Origin: Fonticula alba ATCC 38817 | Lineage: Eukaryota > Protista > Nucleariida | NCBI GenBank assembly: GCA_000388065.2 | Contig: KB932208.1 | Reading direction: 5' to 3' (one strand) | DNA: 64,000 nt | Shown here: positions 48,099-60,865 of the stretch, in pieces | How positions within the stretch are numbered: position 1 is the first letter of the stretch | How the letters are laid out: the number at the start of each line of letters is the position of its first letter | The notes under the pieces: model-generated | Seen by the model: only the letters and a program-made list of their open reading frames with translations | Told to the model about the DNA's origin: nothing | Databases searched by the model: none | Program-made: the position numbers and the translations under genes

Positions 48099-49297
48099 CT
48101 ATTCCGAGGTAGCATCTATCGTCGGCGCCTTGGGTTCCGACGGGGCCGGCTCGCCGGTGGAGGCTGTCGTCGCTGCCAACGAGGCGAAAATGTCGCCATC
48201 TTGGGCGGCGGCATCGATGGTGTCCGAGAGGGAGGCACGGAGGAGGCTTTCGAAGTCCTGCATTGAGGGGGGGGGGGATTAGAGCACGGCCAAGCAAAAA
48301 CGAGCGCTGAGCATGAAAAAGGCGACTGGGAGGGGGGGGGGGGGGGTCAAAAGTAACTTACGCCAAGGAGGGAGATTTTGTCTGAGGCGTGCTGGCTGGC
48401 GACGAGCACCTCGTTGAGGAGTTGCTCAGCGGCCAAATCGGGATTGCGGTTCCGATCGATGTTCCTATTGTAAAAGGTACCCCGGGCGTTGTGTGTGCGT
48501 GTGTTTGCATGTAAACACATGTGGAAAAGGGGGTAGGAGGAAAGGTGAGCAACGTGGTGACGGGGCGATGTCGGGCAGCAAAGTGGTAGATGGCACACAG
48601 AGAGGCGGGGGGGGGGGGGGGGGGGGGGGGGGGAAAAAAAAAAGGGAGAAGACGCGGAACGCACCGGAGAACACCCAGTGGAATCTCCGATGTGACAAAG
48701 GGTGTCATGGCATCGATGTCGGCCATGCAATCGAACATGTTGTTCCTAGTTGTTGAGGTGAGAAGGACACGAGGCGGCCAACATCAGGAAGGGGGGGGGG
48801 GGAGAGGGAGTTAGTTCGACCGTAGGGAGGTGGCATGACCGCAGCAGCGACTACGCACAAACAGGCCAACAGAACCGGCGGGCTGGCTGCCCGGTCGAAG
48901 GTGTCCAAGATGACCGACGCTTGATGGTAAAGCAGTGAAAGATCCAGCAACCGGTGGTAGATTTTCATGAGGAGCTCACGCTGGGGAGAGCGCCATAGAG
49001 GGCGGCCGGGTCCGGAGGGGGGGTGGTCGAGTCTCCCACATCACCGGGTGTCGGGACGGTCGTGCTTTGTGAGCCGGCACCATCCACAACCATGGCATCA
49101 GTAGATGCACCCCCTCCGAGTGCACTCTCCGCATCGGCAGGGCTCCCGGTCCTGGCCTCCGCATCAGCACGGGTCCCGGTCACAGTTTCCCCACCGGGCC
49201 CATCGGCGGCCGAGGTGTCGCCCGATGGCTCAGACACAAAGCCCGATGAGTGTCCATCGGCCGCGTCGATTGGTCCCGAGGGCGATGGGTGGTCCAT
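48099..49297 (-). CDS. MED10: Mediator subunit MED10 (Nut2), multi-exon; start uncertain (48968 or upstream 49297)
   Basis: Spliced LLDLSLLYHQASVILDTFD...LNNMFDCMADID...EIPLGVLRNIDRNRNPDLAAEQ...DKISLLG|DFESLLRASL matches the MED10 pattern VPLEVFEYIDQGRNPQLYT...KGKIDTMKKFKSLL. TAG at 48099-48101. Confidence 0.82.
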
Positions 49298-50103
49298 TGG
49301 TCGGGACGGGGAGAAAGGAGAGGCCTAGCAGGGGAGGGGGGAGGGGAGAGAGAGAGAGAGAGAGGGAGGGAGAGAGAGAGGGAGAGGCGCGGAAACAACA
49401 GGGCAGAGGGAGGGGAGAGGGGGCGGGGACTGTCCATGCACTCGCATCTCCTTCTCCCGAGCCCCCAACAGGGCGGTCGCACTTGGCTCCCGCGACTCCC
49501 AACGCATAGGCCGTGCGATCGGCTAGCCATATCAGGCATCACCGTGCCTGCCGAGGCGGCCGACAACCGGCCAGGATATTTCTCTTGTTCTCCTCCCACC
49601 CCTCGCCTCCCNNNNNNNNNNNNNNNNNNNNNNNNNNNNNNNNNNNNNNNNNNNNNNNNNNNNNNNNNNNNNNNNNNNNNNNNNNNNNNNNNNNNNNNNN
49701 NNNNNNNNNNNNNNNNNNNNNNNNNNNNNNNNNNNNNNNNNNNNNNNNNNNNNNNNNNNNNNNNNNNNNNNNNNNNNNNNNNNNNNNNNNNNNNNNNNNN
49801 NNNNNNNNNNNNNNNNNNNNNNNNNNNNNNNNNNNNNNNNNNNNNNNNNNNNNNNNNNNNNNNNNNNNNNNNNNNNNNNNNNNNNNNNNNNNNNNNNNNN
49901 NNNNNNNNNNNNNNNNNNNNNNNNNNNNNNNNNNNNNNNNNNNNNNNNNNNNNNNNNNNNNNNNNNNNNNNNNNNNNNNNNNNNNNNNNNNNNNNNNNNN
50001 NNNNNNNNNNNNNNNNNNNNNNNNNNNNNNNNNNNNNNNNNNNNNNNNNNNNNNNNNNNNNNNNNNNNNNNNNNNNNNNNNNNNNNNNNNNNNNNNNNNN
50101 NNN

Positions 50104-50861
50104 GCTTCGCGGAATACCGGCGGCTGGCAGGCTTCTGTGCGCAGCGGAATATCCGCCTTATGCACTTCCCGGTTCCCGCATACAAAGAGGGGAAGCTGGC
50201 CCTATCGCCTGACATGGTGGCACTCATTCTCCGGGTGCGCCTCGTTCTCCCGGATGCCCCTCCTTGGACTTGCGCGCGCGCGCGCGCACACACAAACACA
50301 CACACACACACATACATACATACATACATACATACATACATACATACACATGCACGCACGCACGCACGCACACACACGCACGCACACGCACGCACACGCA
50401 CGCACATTGACAGCTCGTCTTCTATGCTCTCCTGCTGATCTCCCACCACACCATTCGAAGGCCATCCTCGACTCGGACGCCCAGCCGGTGTATATCCATT
50501 GCCTGAGTGGCATTGAAGTTGTCGGCGCGGTCATTATCTGCTTGCGAAAGCTGGAAAATCTCCCCCAAGGCTTTGCCCTGAGCGAGTTCCTCCGGTGCGT
50601 GCCCGGATCTCCCTCTGTGTGCCCTTCCCCCGCCCCCCCCTTTTTTCCCCCCCCCTCGCCCCCCCCCCCCCCCCCCCCATGTCCCATGGCATCAGGTGTC
50701 CAAACTAACTGGCCGATTGCGATCCATTTCCAATGGCAAATGGAGGAAGGTTCTCTGCCGGCAAGTCGGTGGAGCCGGAGTTTGCCGACCTCTTCAAGGC
50801 CTTCGACCCGTCGGTGGTCGCTGCCCCAGCAAAGTGCCAGGCGGATGATGCCCAGGGGTGA
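50104..50861 (+). CDS. OCA6-like PFA-DSP (Siw14 family) pseudophosphatase, 5'-partial (start lies in gap 49612-50103); exons ..50234, 50461-50594, 50750-50861
   Basis: [17 protein letters not shown]...VALILR|AILDSDAQPVYIHCLSGIEVVGAVIICLRKLE...ALSEFLR|FSAG...FADLFKAFD follows the PFA-DSP layout; the P-loop lacks the catalytic Arg. Confidence 0.78.
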
Positions 50862-50972
50862 AGTTGGGCTGCCCGGAAATACAGAAACCCGACGCCATGG
50901 CGCCATGCCGGGAGCATGACAGATGGGGGACAATGCACAAGGTGACGCGAAGCAGGAGGAGTGGCAAGACAT

Positions 50973-53018
50973 TCACTTCGATCGCTTCGAGGCCCGGGGG
51001 GTACGGGTCTTGTCAGTGGGCTTGGGCCCCATGGCAGGGCTGGGATCCGTTCCATCGGACTTCGACACGACGGTTGGCTGCTCGGGCTCCTCCTCGCGCG
51101 GGCGCTTCTTCTTGTCCTCCTCGGCCGGGACATCCGGCGGAGGCATGGCGTCGGTCGCCGGCGCAAGTGGCACCAAGGGGCTGACAGCGATCTCCGGGAA
51201 CTTGCCAGGCAGCGGGCGGAGCTCCAGGACATGGAGGACCGGATGCACAAAGTCCGGGTGAAGTTGCTGCTCGGAAATCTGCGAAACATGGTGTGTCAGG
51301 GGAAATGCCCCAAACGCCGGGCCCAAGCAGACTGGCAGCACGAGGCACACGTACATCGACAACGGTGAAGTATGCGGCGGCCGCCTCCTTGAACTTTTGC
51401 TCGGCCGAACTGGGCGGGAAAACACGCACACGTCAGCGACTTGGCCTGCCACGGTCGAGCACATCCCCCATCGAGCACGGCGCAGGGGGGCAAGAGAAGC
51501 AGAGGCAGGAGAGGAGTGGAGGGGTGGGGGGGGGGGGGGGGGGATGCGCACCGGTTCCGACCATAGGACATGAGCACACGCGACCGGCTGTGACAGAGGC
51601 NNNNNNNNNNGGGGGGGGGGATGCGCACCGGTTCCGACCATAGGACATGAGCACACGCGACCGGCTGTGACAGAGGCGGCGGATGGAGGCCAGCAGGGAA
51701 AGCCCCGTTTCCGGGTCGTACATGATCTCGGCACCGATCACATAGTCAAAGTGCCCCTCGAGGGGTGGAGACAGCTCGGCGCCCCTGCGCACCAGCCAAG
51801 ACATGAGGGGTCAGGAAGAGCGCGAAAGCCCGGGGGGGGGGGGCGGGGGGGATCCCCTCAAGTAGGGCGACGCACCAATTGTGATCCGTCACGGTGACCG
51901 GCCCGAAGTTCCGCGGGTAGCTTGTCGGTGGGGCTGGAGCATCGGCGGCCGGGGGAAAGCACCGTCGGGCATTGACAGACAAGGTGTCGAGACAGCGCAG
52001 ATTGTCCGCCTCGGTGGCCACAATATCGAAGGGGCCCTTCCCTTCGGTGGGGCTGGCCCGTTGCCAGTGCTGGAGGAGCCGCGCCAAGACCAAGCTCACG
52101 AGGCCACACCCGGCGCCGAGCTCCACCGCGCGGAAGCTCGCCCGGTCAGTTCCATCCTCCGGCGCGCATTCCAGCAAACGGCCGGCCTGGTACTCGCGCT
52201 CGAGGAACTTCGACAGCATGATACTCTGGGCGCACCGAAGGCCGCGGCGGGGAGGGCGGAGGTGAGTGATTGGCGGTCGCGCGAAGGGGCACAGGAGACA
52301 TGTGGCCCGGGGCCCACAGACGCACCCCATCCCAAACGGTAGTCCCAATGGCTGGAGCATGCGCGGAGGGCAGACAACGAGGCGGGGGATTAGCGATCTA
52401 TAGTGGGAGATCTCGAAGGCGATGCTGAGCGGGGGGGGGCCCCTCCCCCTTACACACACACACACACACACACACAATCAGACAAGCCGACCACTGCCGG
52501 CTTCGCGGAATACCGGCGGCTGGCAGGCTTCTGTGCGCAGCGGAATATCCGCCTTATGCACTTCCCGGTTCCCGCATACAAAGAGGGGAAGCTGGCCCTA
52601 TCGCCTGACATGGTGGCACTCATTCTCCGGGTGCGCCTCGTTCTCCCGGATGCCCCTCCTTGGACTTGCGCGCGCGCGCGCGCACACACAAACACACACA
52701 CACACACATACATACATACATACATACATACATACATACATACACATGCACGCACGCACGCACGCACACACACGCACGCACACGCACGCACACGCACGCA
52801 CATTGACAGCTCGTCTTCTATGCTCTCCTGCTGATCTCCCACCACACCATTCGAAGGCCATCCTCGACTCGGACGCGATCAAGGTTATACACATAGTCCT
52901 TTTCCCGGGTGATGCGGACCGGGAGGCCTGGGGTGGGGTGGGGTGGTCAGCGGCTGACCAGGAAGGACAGCGGTGAAGATCAATCACTCAAGGGCGAACC
53001 TTCTCGACGCCAAGACAT
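50973..53018 (-). CDS. METTL21/Efm-family (Methyltransf_16) protein-lysine methyltransferase, multi-exon; 5' part interrupted by a misplaced duplicate at 52441-52876
   Basis: AIGTTVWDG|[26 protein letters not shown] (SAM motif I), [20 protein letters not shown] and [10 protein letters not shown]. Putative first exons MSWRRE|[17 protein letters not shown] from ATG 53018 are less certain. Confidence 0.82.
52500..52876 (+). repeat. Exact 377-bp duplicate of 50104-50480 (OCA6-like exon, intron and partial exon); probable misassembly
   Basis: Same sequence and length including the CA/CATA microsatellite; truncated mid-exon at 52876. Confidence 0.9.
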
Positions 53019-53065
53019 GCCTGATTGGTGCGGTGGGGGGGGAGATAGAGGGAGCGATAGGAGGG

Positions 53066-53108
<43 letters not shown>

Positions 53109-54418
53109 AGAGAAAGGAGGGAGCGAGGTTCCGGGAGGGTGGCCTCAACGAGGGCAAGTCGAGGAGCATTCGGGGCGGGGAGAGGGGGGCGGATCATGGG
53201 CTAGGCGGGGCGCACGATCGGCCGGCGGAAAAAGATGCGTGGCCCCGGCGGCCGAAATACAGGCCCGGCCGAGCGTGATCATGGTCTGGAGCGCGGGCGC
53301 CCCCGGCCGAAGCCAACTTCGTGCGTGTGATCAGCGGACATGGACGCGCGAATGCCCCGGCTCGGATCCCGGTCCGCGAGCCTGCCTGCACATTGTTGAA
53401 GAGCGCCTGCAGGAGAGCGGCGCGATACCCACGCCAGCGGCATGACTAAGGGGCACGGAGACGGTGCCTGGGCGGAGGGGGTCGAACACTGCCTTGCGAT
53501 CCCCAGCCAGGGTCGGACCAAGCGTGCCTAAGCGCCAAGCGCACCCGCACGAGGGTGGATTATGCGACACAATGCGATGCCCAGCCACGGGGAAGGTGGG
53601 GCTGACCAACAACAACACCGAGGAGCGGCGACGAGGACTGGGCCCGAGCAAATGCCCTTCGGCGGCATGATCGCCTCTCGGGCGGGGTTTCACCATTTGG
53701 GCCCGGTCGCCTGGCAAGGCCCCGTCGGCAGGTCGCATGGTCTATGTGGCCCACATGACGGCGAATGCATGTGACCCGGCTCTCGGACCTCCCGGCTCTG
53801 CCCTCGAACACAAGTGCATCTCGGCCAGGGTCAACTGGCCAAAAAAGGAACCCAGCCCAAGGCGCCGGGAGAAGGGGGGGGGGGCTGTTCTTGATTCCGT
53901 CGTCCACATCGGCCCGTCTGGGGGGGGGGGGGGGCTGCCCCCCGGGGTGCACGGGGAGGGTCCCTGGTCCATTCCCTTCCTGGCTGGACCAGCTCTGCCC
54001 CCCCGGACGCGGCCCGGAGCGGGGCAGGGGCGCGGTTGCCAAAACACATAGTCCCTGCCGGTGGGACCGGTAAAAAGTACGCCGGCGCGAGTCGGCAGGC
54101 GAAGGGACGGAGGGGGACGATGACAAACAAGCCGAAATGATAGTAGCCGAAGAACGGCACGGCATGCTTTGGGATCCTTCCTCCCCGAGCGGGGCCAAAC
54201 TCCCCCCCCCCCTCCCGGGAGGAGGAATCGACAGGATTGCATGTGGCGGGTGTGCCTTTTCCGATGGGTGACAAGTTGCCTGAGTCAAACTCAGTGAATG
54301 TAACAACGCTTCTCCCCCTCCTCCCCCTCCCCCCCTCGCCTCACCCTTCCCATCCCCCTCCCCCCCCACCCGCCACTCTCCACCCTCCCCCATCCTCCCC
54401 CTGCCGTCTGCCACCCTC

Positions 54419-55008
54419 ATGACCATCAGGATCGATCACGTACTCCCTGACTCCACCCTCTGCCGATGATTCGCTGCCACCGCCGCCGCCGCCGCCGCCG
54501 CTCGCTACCCACCAGCCTTTGCTGACCTCCTTTGCCCGTGCCTACGCCCGCATCAACGCGCTCCCCAGCCCAAGTACCTCGAGGCCAAGCGCATGCTTGA
54601 GCCGCGCTTTTTCGGCATGATCAGCCCAAGCGCCGATCGATACGAGGAGGCAGCCGAGCTTTTCAATCGCACCGCCAACGACTTCCGCAAGCAGAGCAAG
54701 CGTACGTCCGCCCCCCATGGGCCCCTCTTCCCCGCCCGAATGTCTGCCCTCTTGTGCCTCCGGCATGTGTTTCCTCTCGTCCCCCTCTGACGCACGCGCG
54801 CGCGCGCGCGCGCCTATCCATGCATACGCGAATGGATTGCGCACCCCCCTTCAGTTGAGGAGGCCGCCCAGTGCTTCCGCGATGCGGCCACTGCCTTCAA
54901 GATGGCCGGCTCGGAGTTCGAGGTGTCTGTCGCCATGACCAACGCCGCCAACGCCTATCGTCAGATGGCCTCCCATGGTATGTCCGGCCGTTTCACACGC
55001 GCGCGCGT

Positions 55009-55048
<40 letters not shown>

Positions 55049-56267
55049 TTCCCATCTCGCCTGTCCTCTGCTCGTGGCTCTGCTCGCATGTTCCCTGACC
55101 CCCCTGCTCGTGTATGTCCCCCTTAGATGCCAATATGGCCCGCCAGATGGTGGACTGCCTGGAGAACGCCTCGGCCATCCTTCTGGATATGGGTCGCTTC
55201 TCCATGGCTGCGCGCCACAAGAAGGACATCGCCGAGGCCCACGAGAAGTACGTTGCAGCACCTGTGAGCATGTGTCATGCCCCGATCCCCCCCCCCCCTC
55301 TTACCTCTTGCTAACCCCACTGTGTGCTACACAGCATTCTCAATGCCCCGAGGCCCGCCATTGAGGCATACCAAAAGGCTGCCGAGTGGTACCGCATGGA
55401 CAACAGCAAGCAGTATGTCGCCCCGCGCTCGCCGATGCATCCCCATGGATGCCTCTGCATTTCCTGCTCCTGGTCCCTCTACTCTCGCCCCCTGTCGGGA
55501 TGCATCTCCCCATCTCTCTAATCACCCATCTGCCTTCGGCCCCTTGTCGACTTGTCCATCCAGTACGGCTCTCAGCTGCCTGGCCAAGTGTGCGACCCTG
55601 CACGCCACTCTGCGGGAGTTCCCCCAGTCGATCGCTTGCTTCGAGGAGCTCATTGATAGCCACAACTCCGACAACTCCGGGCGGCTGACCTGCCGTCAGT
55701 ACTACACCCCGCTGGTGATTGTCATGATTGTTGAGGCCGTACGCATGCACATCAACGCGCCTCGGCACCGCCTTGCCCTCGGGGGCCCCCTTCGTTGCTG
55801 TCTTGTGACTCTGACCCTTCCATGTCCCCGCTCTCCTCCCCGTAATCCCCCCCCCCCCCCTCCGGATTCAGCTCACCAACCCGGCCAAGGCCAACCACGA
55901 TCCGACTGAGGCTGCCCGCGAGAAGCTGGACTACTTCAACTCGATTGACAGCAGCTTCAATCGCACTCGCGAGAACCAGCTCCTAAACGTGCGTCCACTC
56001 CCTTCTTCCTTCGGTTTGTCCTTTCCCCCCCCCCCCCTCACAATGGCTCGGCTCTCTAACATCTTACTTCTTTCCGCGAAAAAAAAACAGGACCTCCTCG
56101 AGGCCATTGACAACCGCAGTCGCGATGAGCTGGCTACGGCCGTGGCGGAGTACATGCGCATGGCGTCCTTGGACAACTGGACCACAGACCTGCTGCTGCT
56201 TGCGAAGAACAGCCTCCCAGAGGATGCTGTCGGTGGCTCCAAGGGCGACTTCGACGGAATCCTGTAA
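54419..56267 (+). CDS. SEC17: Alpha-SNAP (Sec17), multi-exon
   Basis: FFG...DRYEEAAELFNRTANDFR, EEAAQCF, DMGRFSMAARHKKDIAE, AIEAYQKAAEWY, SFNRTRENQLL and AVAEYMRMASLDNWTTDLLL are alpha-SNAP signatures. TAA at 56267; first micro-exon (MTIRIDH) is inferred. Confidence 0.93.
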
Positions 56268-56402
56268 GAAGCCGGCGTTCCTCTCGGCCGCACTGGACCC
56301 CCTCCTCTTTGTTCCCGACCGCCCCTGGTCTGCTGATCGCACCTGCGTGTTTGGGAAGGAAGGGGGTACTCCTCGTTGTTCTCTCTCCTCCACACACGCT
56401 CT

Positions 56403-56445
<43 letters not shown>

Positions 56446-56649
56446 CCGCACAACAAAAGCCATCCATGTGTTTGTATATATATATACCCAATCGCTATTG
56501 TGGGCCGCACAGCGAGGCATGCATCTCGGGCGGGGGCCTGTGGCAGAACGCCAATGCCATGCGCTGTGGTAGAAAGGGCACGGGCCAGCGTGAGATCCAG
56601 ATGAAGGCGAGAGAGAGAGAGAGAGAGGGGGGGGGGGAGAGAAAGAAAA

Positions 56650-59600
56650 CTATGCCCGGCCGGTCGGGTGCTCGCGACGCCACTCGAGCAGCCGCATGGC
56701 CAGAGCCGTGGCCACGGCATTGTCCCGAGCACAGGCGACCAGGGGATCATCCCGGCCAGCGGCAAAGAGAGCCATATGCTGGGCAACAGCTTCGCAGATG
56801 GCCGGCGCAAAGGGGCTCCCGGCAAGCGGGCACGGGCCGATTTCGATTTTCCTCTGAGCCTCTGGACCCGTCTCGTGGCCGAAGAAGAAGGCCGCCAGGG
56901 CACGGCCGCTCTCTCCTTCCTGCTCGCCGGGATCGCCATGAAGAGCATGCTGCAGCCAGGCCCGAGCGGCCAGCTCCTCGCGGGAAGGTGATCCTGAGGG
57001 CGCGTGGGCCCGGCGGTCGGCCTCACGCTCGGCATCCGCACCAGGTGGCTCATTCAGCAGCCCAGGCGGGATTCCCGGGTGATCGGGACTGGAGCAGAGC
57101 GAAGGGGGACAGCAGCGACAGGGGGGGGGGGGAGGTCAGGTCAGAGTGCGCAAGGGCGCCAAGGAGAGACAAAGGAAAAGGCGGCAGACAGGCAGGCGGA
57201 CAGCAGGAAGGGGAAGGACGCACCCTCCATCAAGATGACCAGGCATCCCTGGCGCGAAGTAGGATAGCGAGGGGATCAGACACTGCTGGGTCCGGGCGAA
57301 GATGGCGGCCACCACTTCACTGGAGGTCCCTGGGTCAAGACTGTGCCGGGGGAGGAGGACAGGAAGCCAGTCAGACAGGGGGAGGGGATGGACACGGGGA
57401 CCGGGCCGATCGGGGTGAGGCACGTACGTGGCAAAGTGCGCCGCACGAGCCGAGCTCCTGCAAGAGAGGAACCGCCACCGGCAGAGGAGGGCCACCAAGA
57501 ACAGGTGATACGCGCGCCCTTGCTCCAAGGAAACGACTGACGGCAGGACAAAGTGGTAGTCCTTCGGCAGGGGGGGTTGGAAAAGGAGGCAGGGCGGGAC
57601 CGGGCCGCTGGGAGCCCCAGCCGGCACCGGTGCTAGGGAAGAGGGCGAGGGGTGTGAGAAAGAGCCGGCCGAATGCTCATCGCCGAGGCCGAGGCGCGAA
57701 CGCCGGCCCATGGCATCCGGCATCGGGGGGGTGTTTCGATCGCTTCCAGGGCCCCCGGTCGTGGCCCCGGCGGCCAGCGGCGAAAAGGACCCCGGGGAGG
57801 ATCCCGAGGGCGAGGCTGACGGAAGGCCCAGCGACGAGGAGGAGGAGGAGGCAGAAGACCCGGCGGACATACTGGGCGTGGTGTGGTACGGTGGCGAAGA
57901 CAGGGGCCGATGATCGGCCTCAGCCGGGCGGGACGCCGCGGGGACCACCGCCGCCATTGGAGGCGTTTCAGTGCGGATGGCCGAACGCGGCCGGCGCAGC
58001 ATGACAGGCGCCGAGCTGGATTCCGATTCCGAGGAGACGCCCGACAGAACCGGCGGGCTGGCAACACCGACAATCGACACCGGCGGCCGAGTCCCCATGG
58101 CCACCGACCGCGCTGAGGGAGACGCCGACCGGCCGGAAGGCTCGCCCTGCGAGTGTGTCCGGCCCGGGCGATCGCGCCCATCGCGCGCATCCGCCCGAGT
58201 GTCCCGCGCATCGCGAATGTCGCCGGCTTTGGCCGACGAGCGCTCCGATGGCCGGCTGGCTGGCGGCTGGGAGGGGGCATGCCCGCGGCGAAGTGCCGCC
58301 AAAAGTTCCGACACTTGGTGCGATTGTGTCGGTTAAATGGGATGTCGTGGGGGAGTAGGGGGGGAGGGGGGGGGGCGAAGGAAAAAAGCGCGCGGCCCAG
58401 GGGAGACAACCAACCCAAAACCAGAACTACGGCCTTGCACGCTGACGGCCTGAGGATGACATCGAATGGGGGACGAGATCCAGCAGGGCGGGGATGAACC
58501 GGGCAGGACGATGGCGCACCTCGGGACTGATTCTGGCGGCATTGACGGAGCTGATCGGCGGTGTACTCATAGGTGTCAGGGCTCAACTGGAGCCAGCGCT
58601 CGGGCGGCAGGGTGAACAGCAAGCCCCGCTGACCCGGAGTCTGGTAGTAGGATGAAGCGTGTGAGCTGCCGCCCAAGGCCGAGGACCGTGCCGAGCCGCG
58701 TGGCTGAATGCACACCGCAACATCACGCAGTACGGCCTCGATGGTGGTGATCGGGGCATTCACCTCCTTGGATAGATCCGACACCGACAGGCAGGGCAAT
58801 TCCTCCAGGCGGAAGTGCTCATACCCCGGGGCCACGGATGCCTGAAGTTGGCGCAGGCGCTGTTCATGGACATGGGGCGACAATTTGTCATTCCTGCTCA
58901 GGGGAACCGCGGCTGCGATGGCGGAAATGACTCGCTCAGCTAGCGCGCCGCTCGGCTGGGAAGGCGCCATCCGGTGATGGCCGGACCCGGCGATCGAGGG
59001 AGTCGGCTCCGGGGCGCTGGCCAACGGCCGATTGGTCAGGGGAATGATCCGGCCCAGAAGCGGGCCAAGATGCTGCAGCGTGGGCGCCCCTGTGCCAGGG
59101 GCATTCCGATAGACATGGGTGCTGCGCTTGGACTAGGAAGCCCGATGGCGAAGGTTAGACAGCAGCAGCGGCAGAGGCGCCCGGGTGCGGGGGAGGGGGG
59201 AACGGAAGGCGGGGGGGGGGGGGACGGAAGGCGGGGGGGGACCATGGACAAGGGGGAAAATGGGGGGCATGGGGGGCACAGGAACACATACCGCCGAGTG
59301 CCTCATTCGGAAGACATACTCCGGAGATCTCGGCGCGAGAGAGGGCTTTGTGAAGACAACACGCTACACACGCTCCCGGCAAGGGGGCAACCGAAAGGAA
59401 AGGAGAGCGTCAGCGGCGAAGAGAGAAGGAGGGAGGGGGCATCAGCGGCGGGAGGGGACAACACGTCGGCCCGGAGAGTGGGCGTGGAAGGGGCGCTGGC
59501 AATTCGGGAACGCACACACTCGTGAGGCGCCGACGGGGGGCCATTGTCCCCCCCGACCGGGATCGGAGCGGTATGGCTGGGAGCCGGGGCGAGAGATGAC

Positions 59601-59797
59601 GGAAGGAGAATGCGCGTATCGGCACATATCTGCGCTCCGGGGCCGTCATAGTCCAGTGCCGGGCCGCCGGCCGCATTTGCCAGGATCTGCCGGAGGACAT
59701 CCTCCGGCAAACTGACCGCAAACAATCGACGGCCAGGTTGGTTGTGTCCCCCCTCCGGCGGGTCGGCCCGGTAGTTTTCCTTCTTCAGGAAAGACAT
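56650..59797 (-). CDS. Hypothetical multi-exon protein with an F-box-like N-terminal motif and a central Ser/Pro-rich IDR
   Basis: First exon contains SLPEDVLRQIL (F-box-like); long open exon about 59130-58520; terminal exon LLNEPPG...LAMRLLEWRREHPTGRA* ending TAG at 56650. Some splice signals visible; the full exon chain is not resolved and the family is not recognised. Confidence 0.55.
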
Positions 59798-60580
59798 GCT
59801 GGGTGGGTGTGGAAGCGCGCCCTGGCGGATGATGGCCCGCCTCTCGGATCACCGGCCTCGTGGAGTGGTCAATCCCGGGAGAGCGCGCGCGGGTGGGCGG
59901 AGAGGATGGTGTGCGATGCGCCAGCGAGTGAAAGAAAAGAGGAAGGGGGGAAAGCGAATGAGGGAGAGTGGGGGGGGGGGGAGGCGCCAGGAGGGGACAG
60001 CTACGGTATGACTCAAGGCAGCTGCCTCATCTTTTCGCTGGGAAGCCACGACGGATGTGAATTTACGACCCCCCGACATACAGTGTGGACAGGCAAACGC
60101 GGGGAAAAGGGGTGTGAGCGAAAGGCACGCAGTGATCAGGGCGCCTCGGTGTGCCGACACTCGTCTGGGCCCCTCATGCCGCGCGCGTCCCGATGCTGCC
60201 GCCACCAGCATTAGCCACAAACAAACCTTGAAAGCCCGGCATTGGAGCAGCACCGGGCGTGTGCGGGGGGGGGGGGGGGGTACACTGCGCGATCGAGATG
60301 ACACAGACAGAGCCGGAGCTGCGTTGGCAACTCGGGAAACTCTTGACACCGCCCACACGCATGCGCCTCAGGCCTCCGGGTCTGGAAACAGACGCAAAGG
60401 GCGCGTGTGTGCGGAGATCGCACCCGGCGCGAGGGGACACTGAACGACAAGCACGCATGTACACACCCGTACACGCACGCACACACACGCACACAGACGT
60501 ACAAGTATGTACCCACACACGCACGCACACACACACGCACACTCACGTACACACACGTACAAGTATGTACCCACATACAC

Positions 60581-60626
<46 letters not shown>

Positions 60627-60865
60627 GCACACCCGCACACACACACGCACACACACCTGAGCAAGCACAAGGGATATATTTTTTTCGCCTTCCGAACCGC
60701 GCACACATAGACACACAGTATGCAAAAAGGGGAACACATGGTAAACGGCCAAAGGCGTCAAGGGACAAGAGGAAAGCACAGCGGAAAAGGCGGGCTGCTG
60801 GGGACCAGGAAGCGTGGAGAAGAGGCAGAGGGGAGAACGGCCCTCGGCCAAGCCACCCGGACGCC

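Noticed and set aside
50705-51289. 194-aa minus-strand ORF overlapping the convergent ends of the OCA6-like and methyltransferase genes
   Set aside because: Alternative frame of the methyltransferase last exon plus antisense of the OCA6-like last exon; no independent support.
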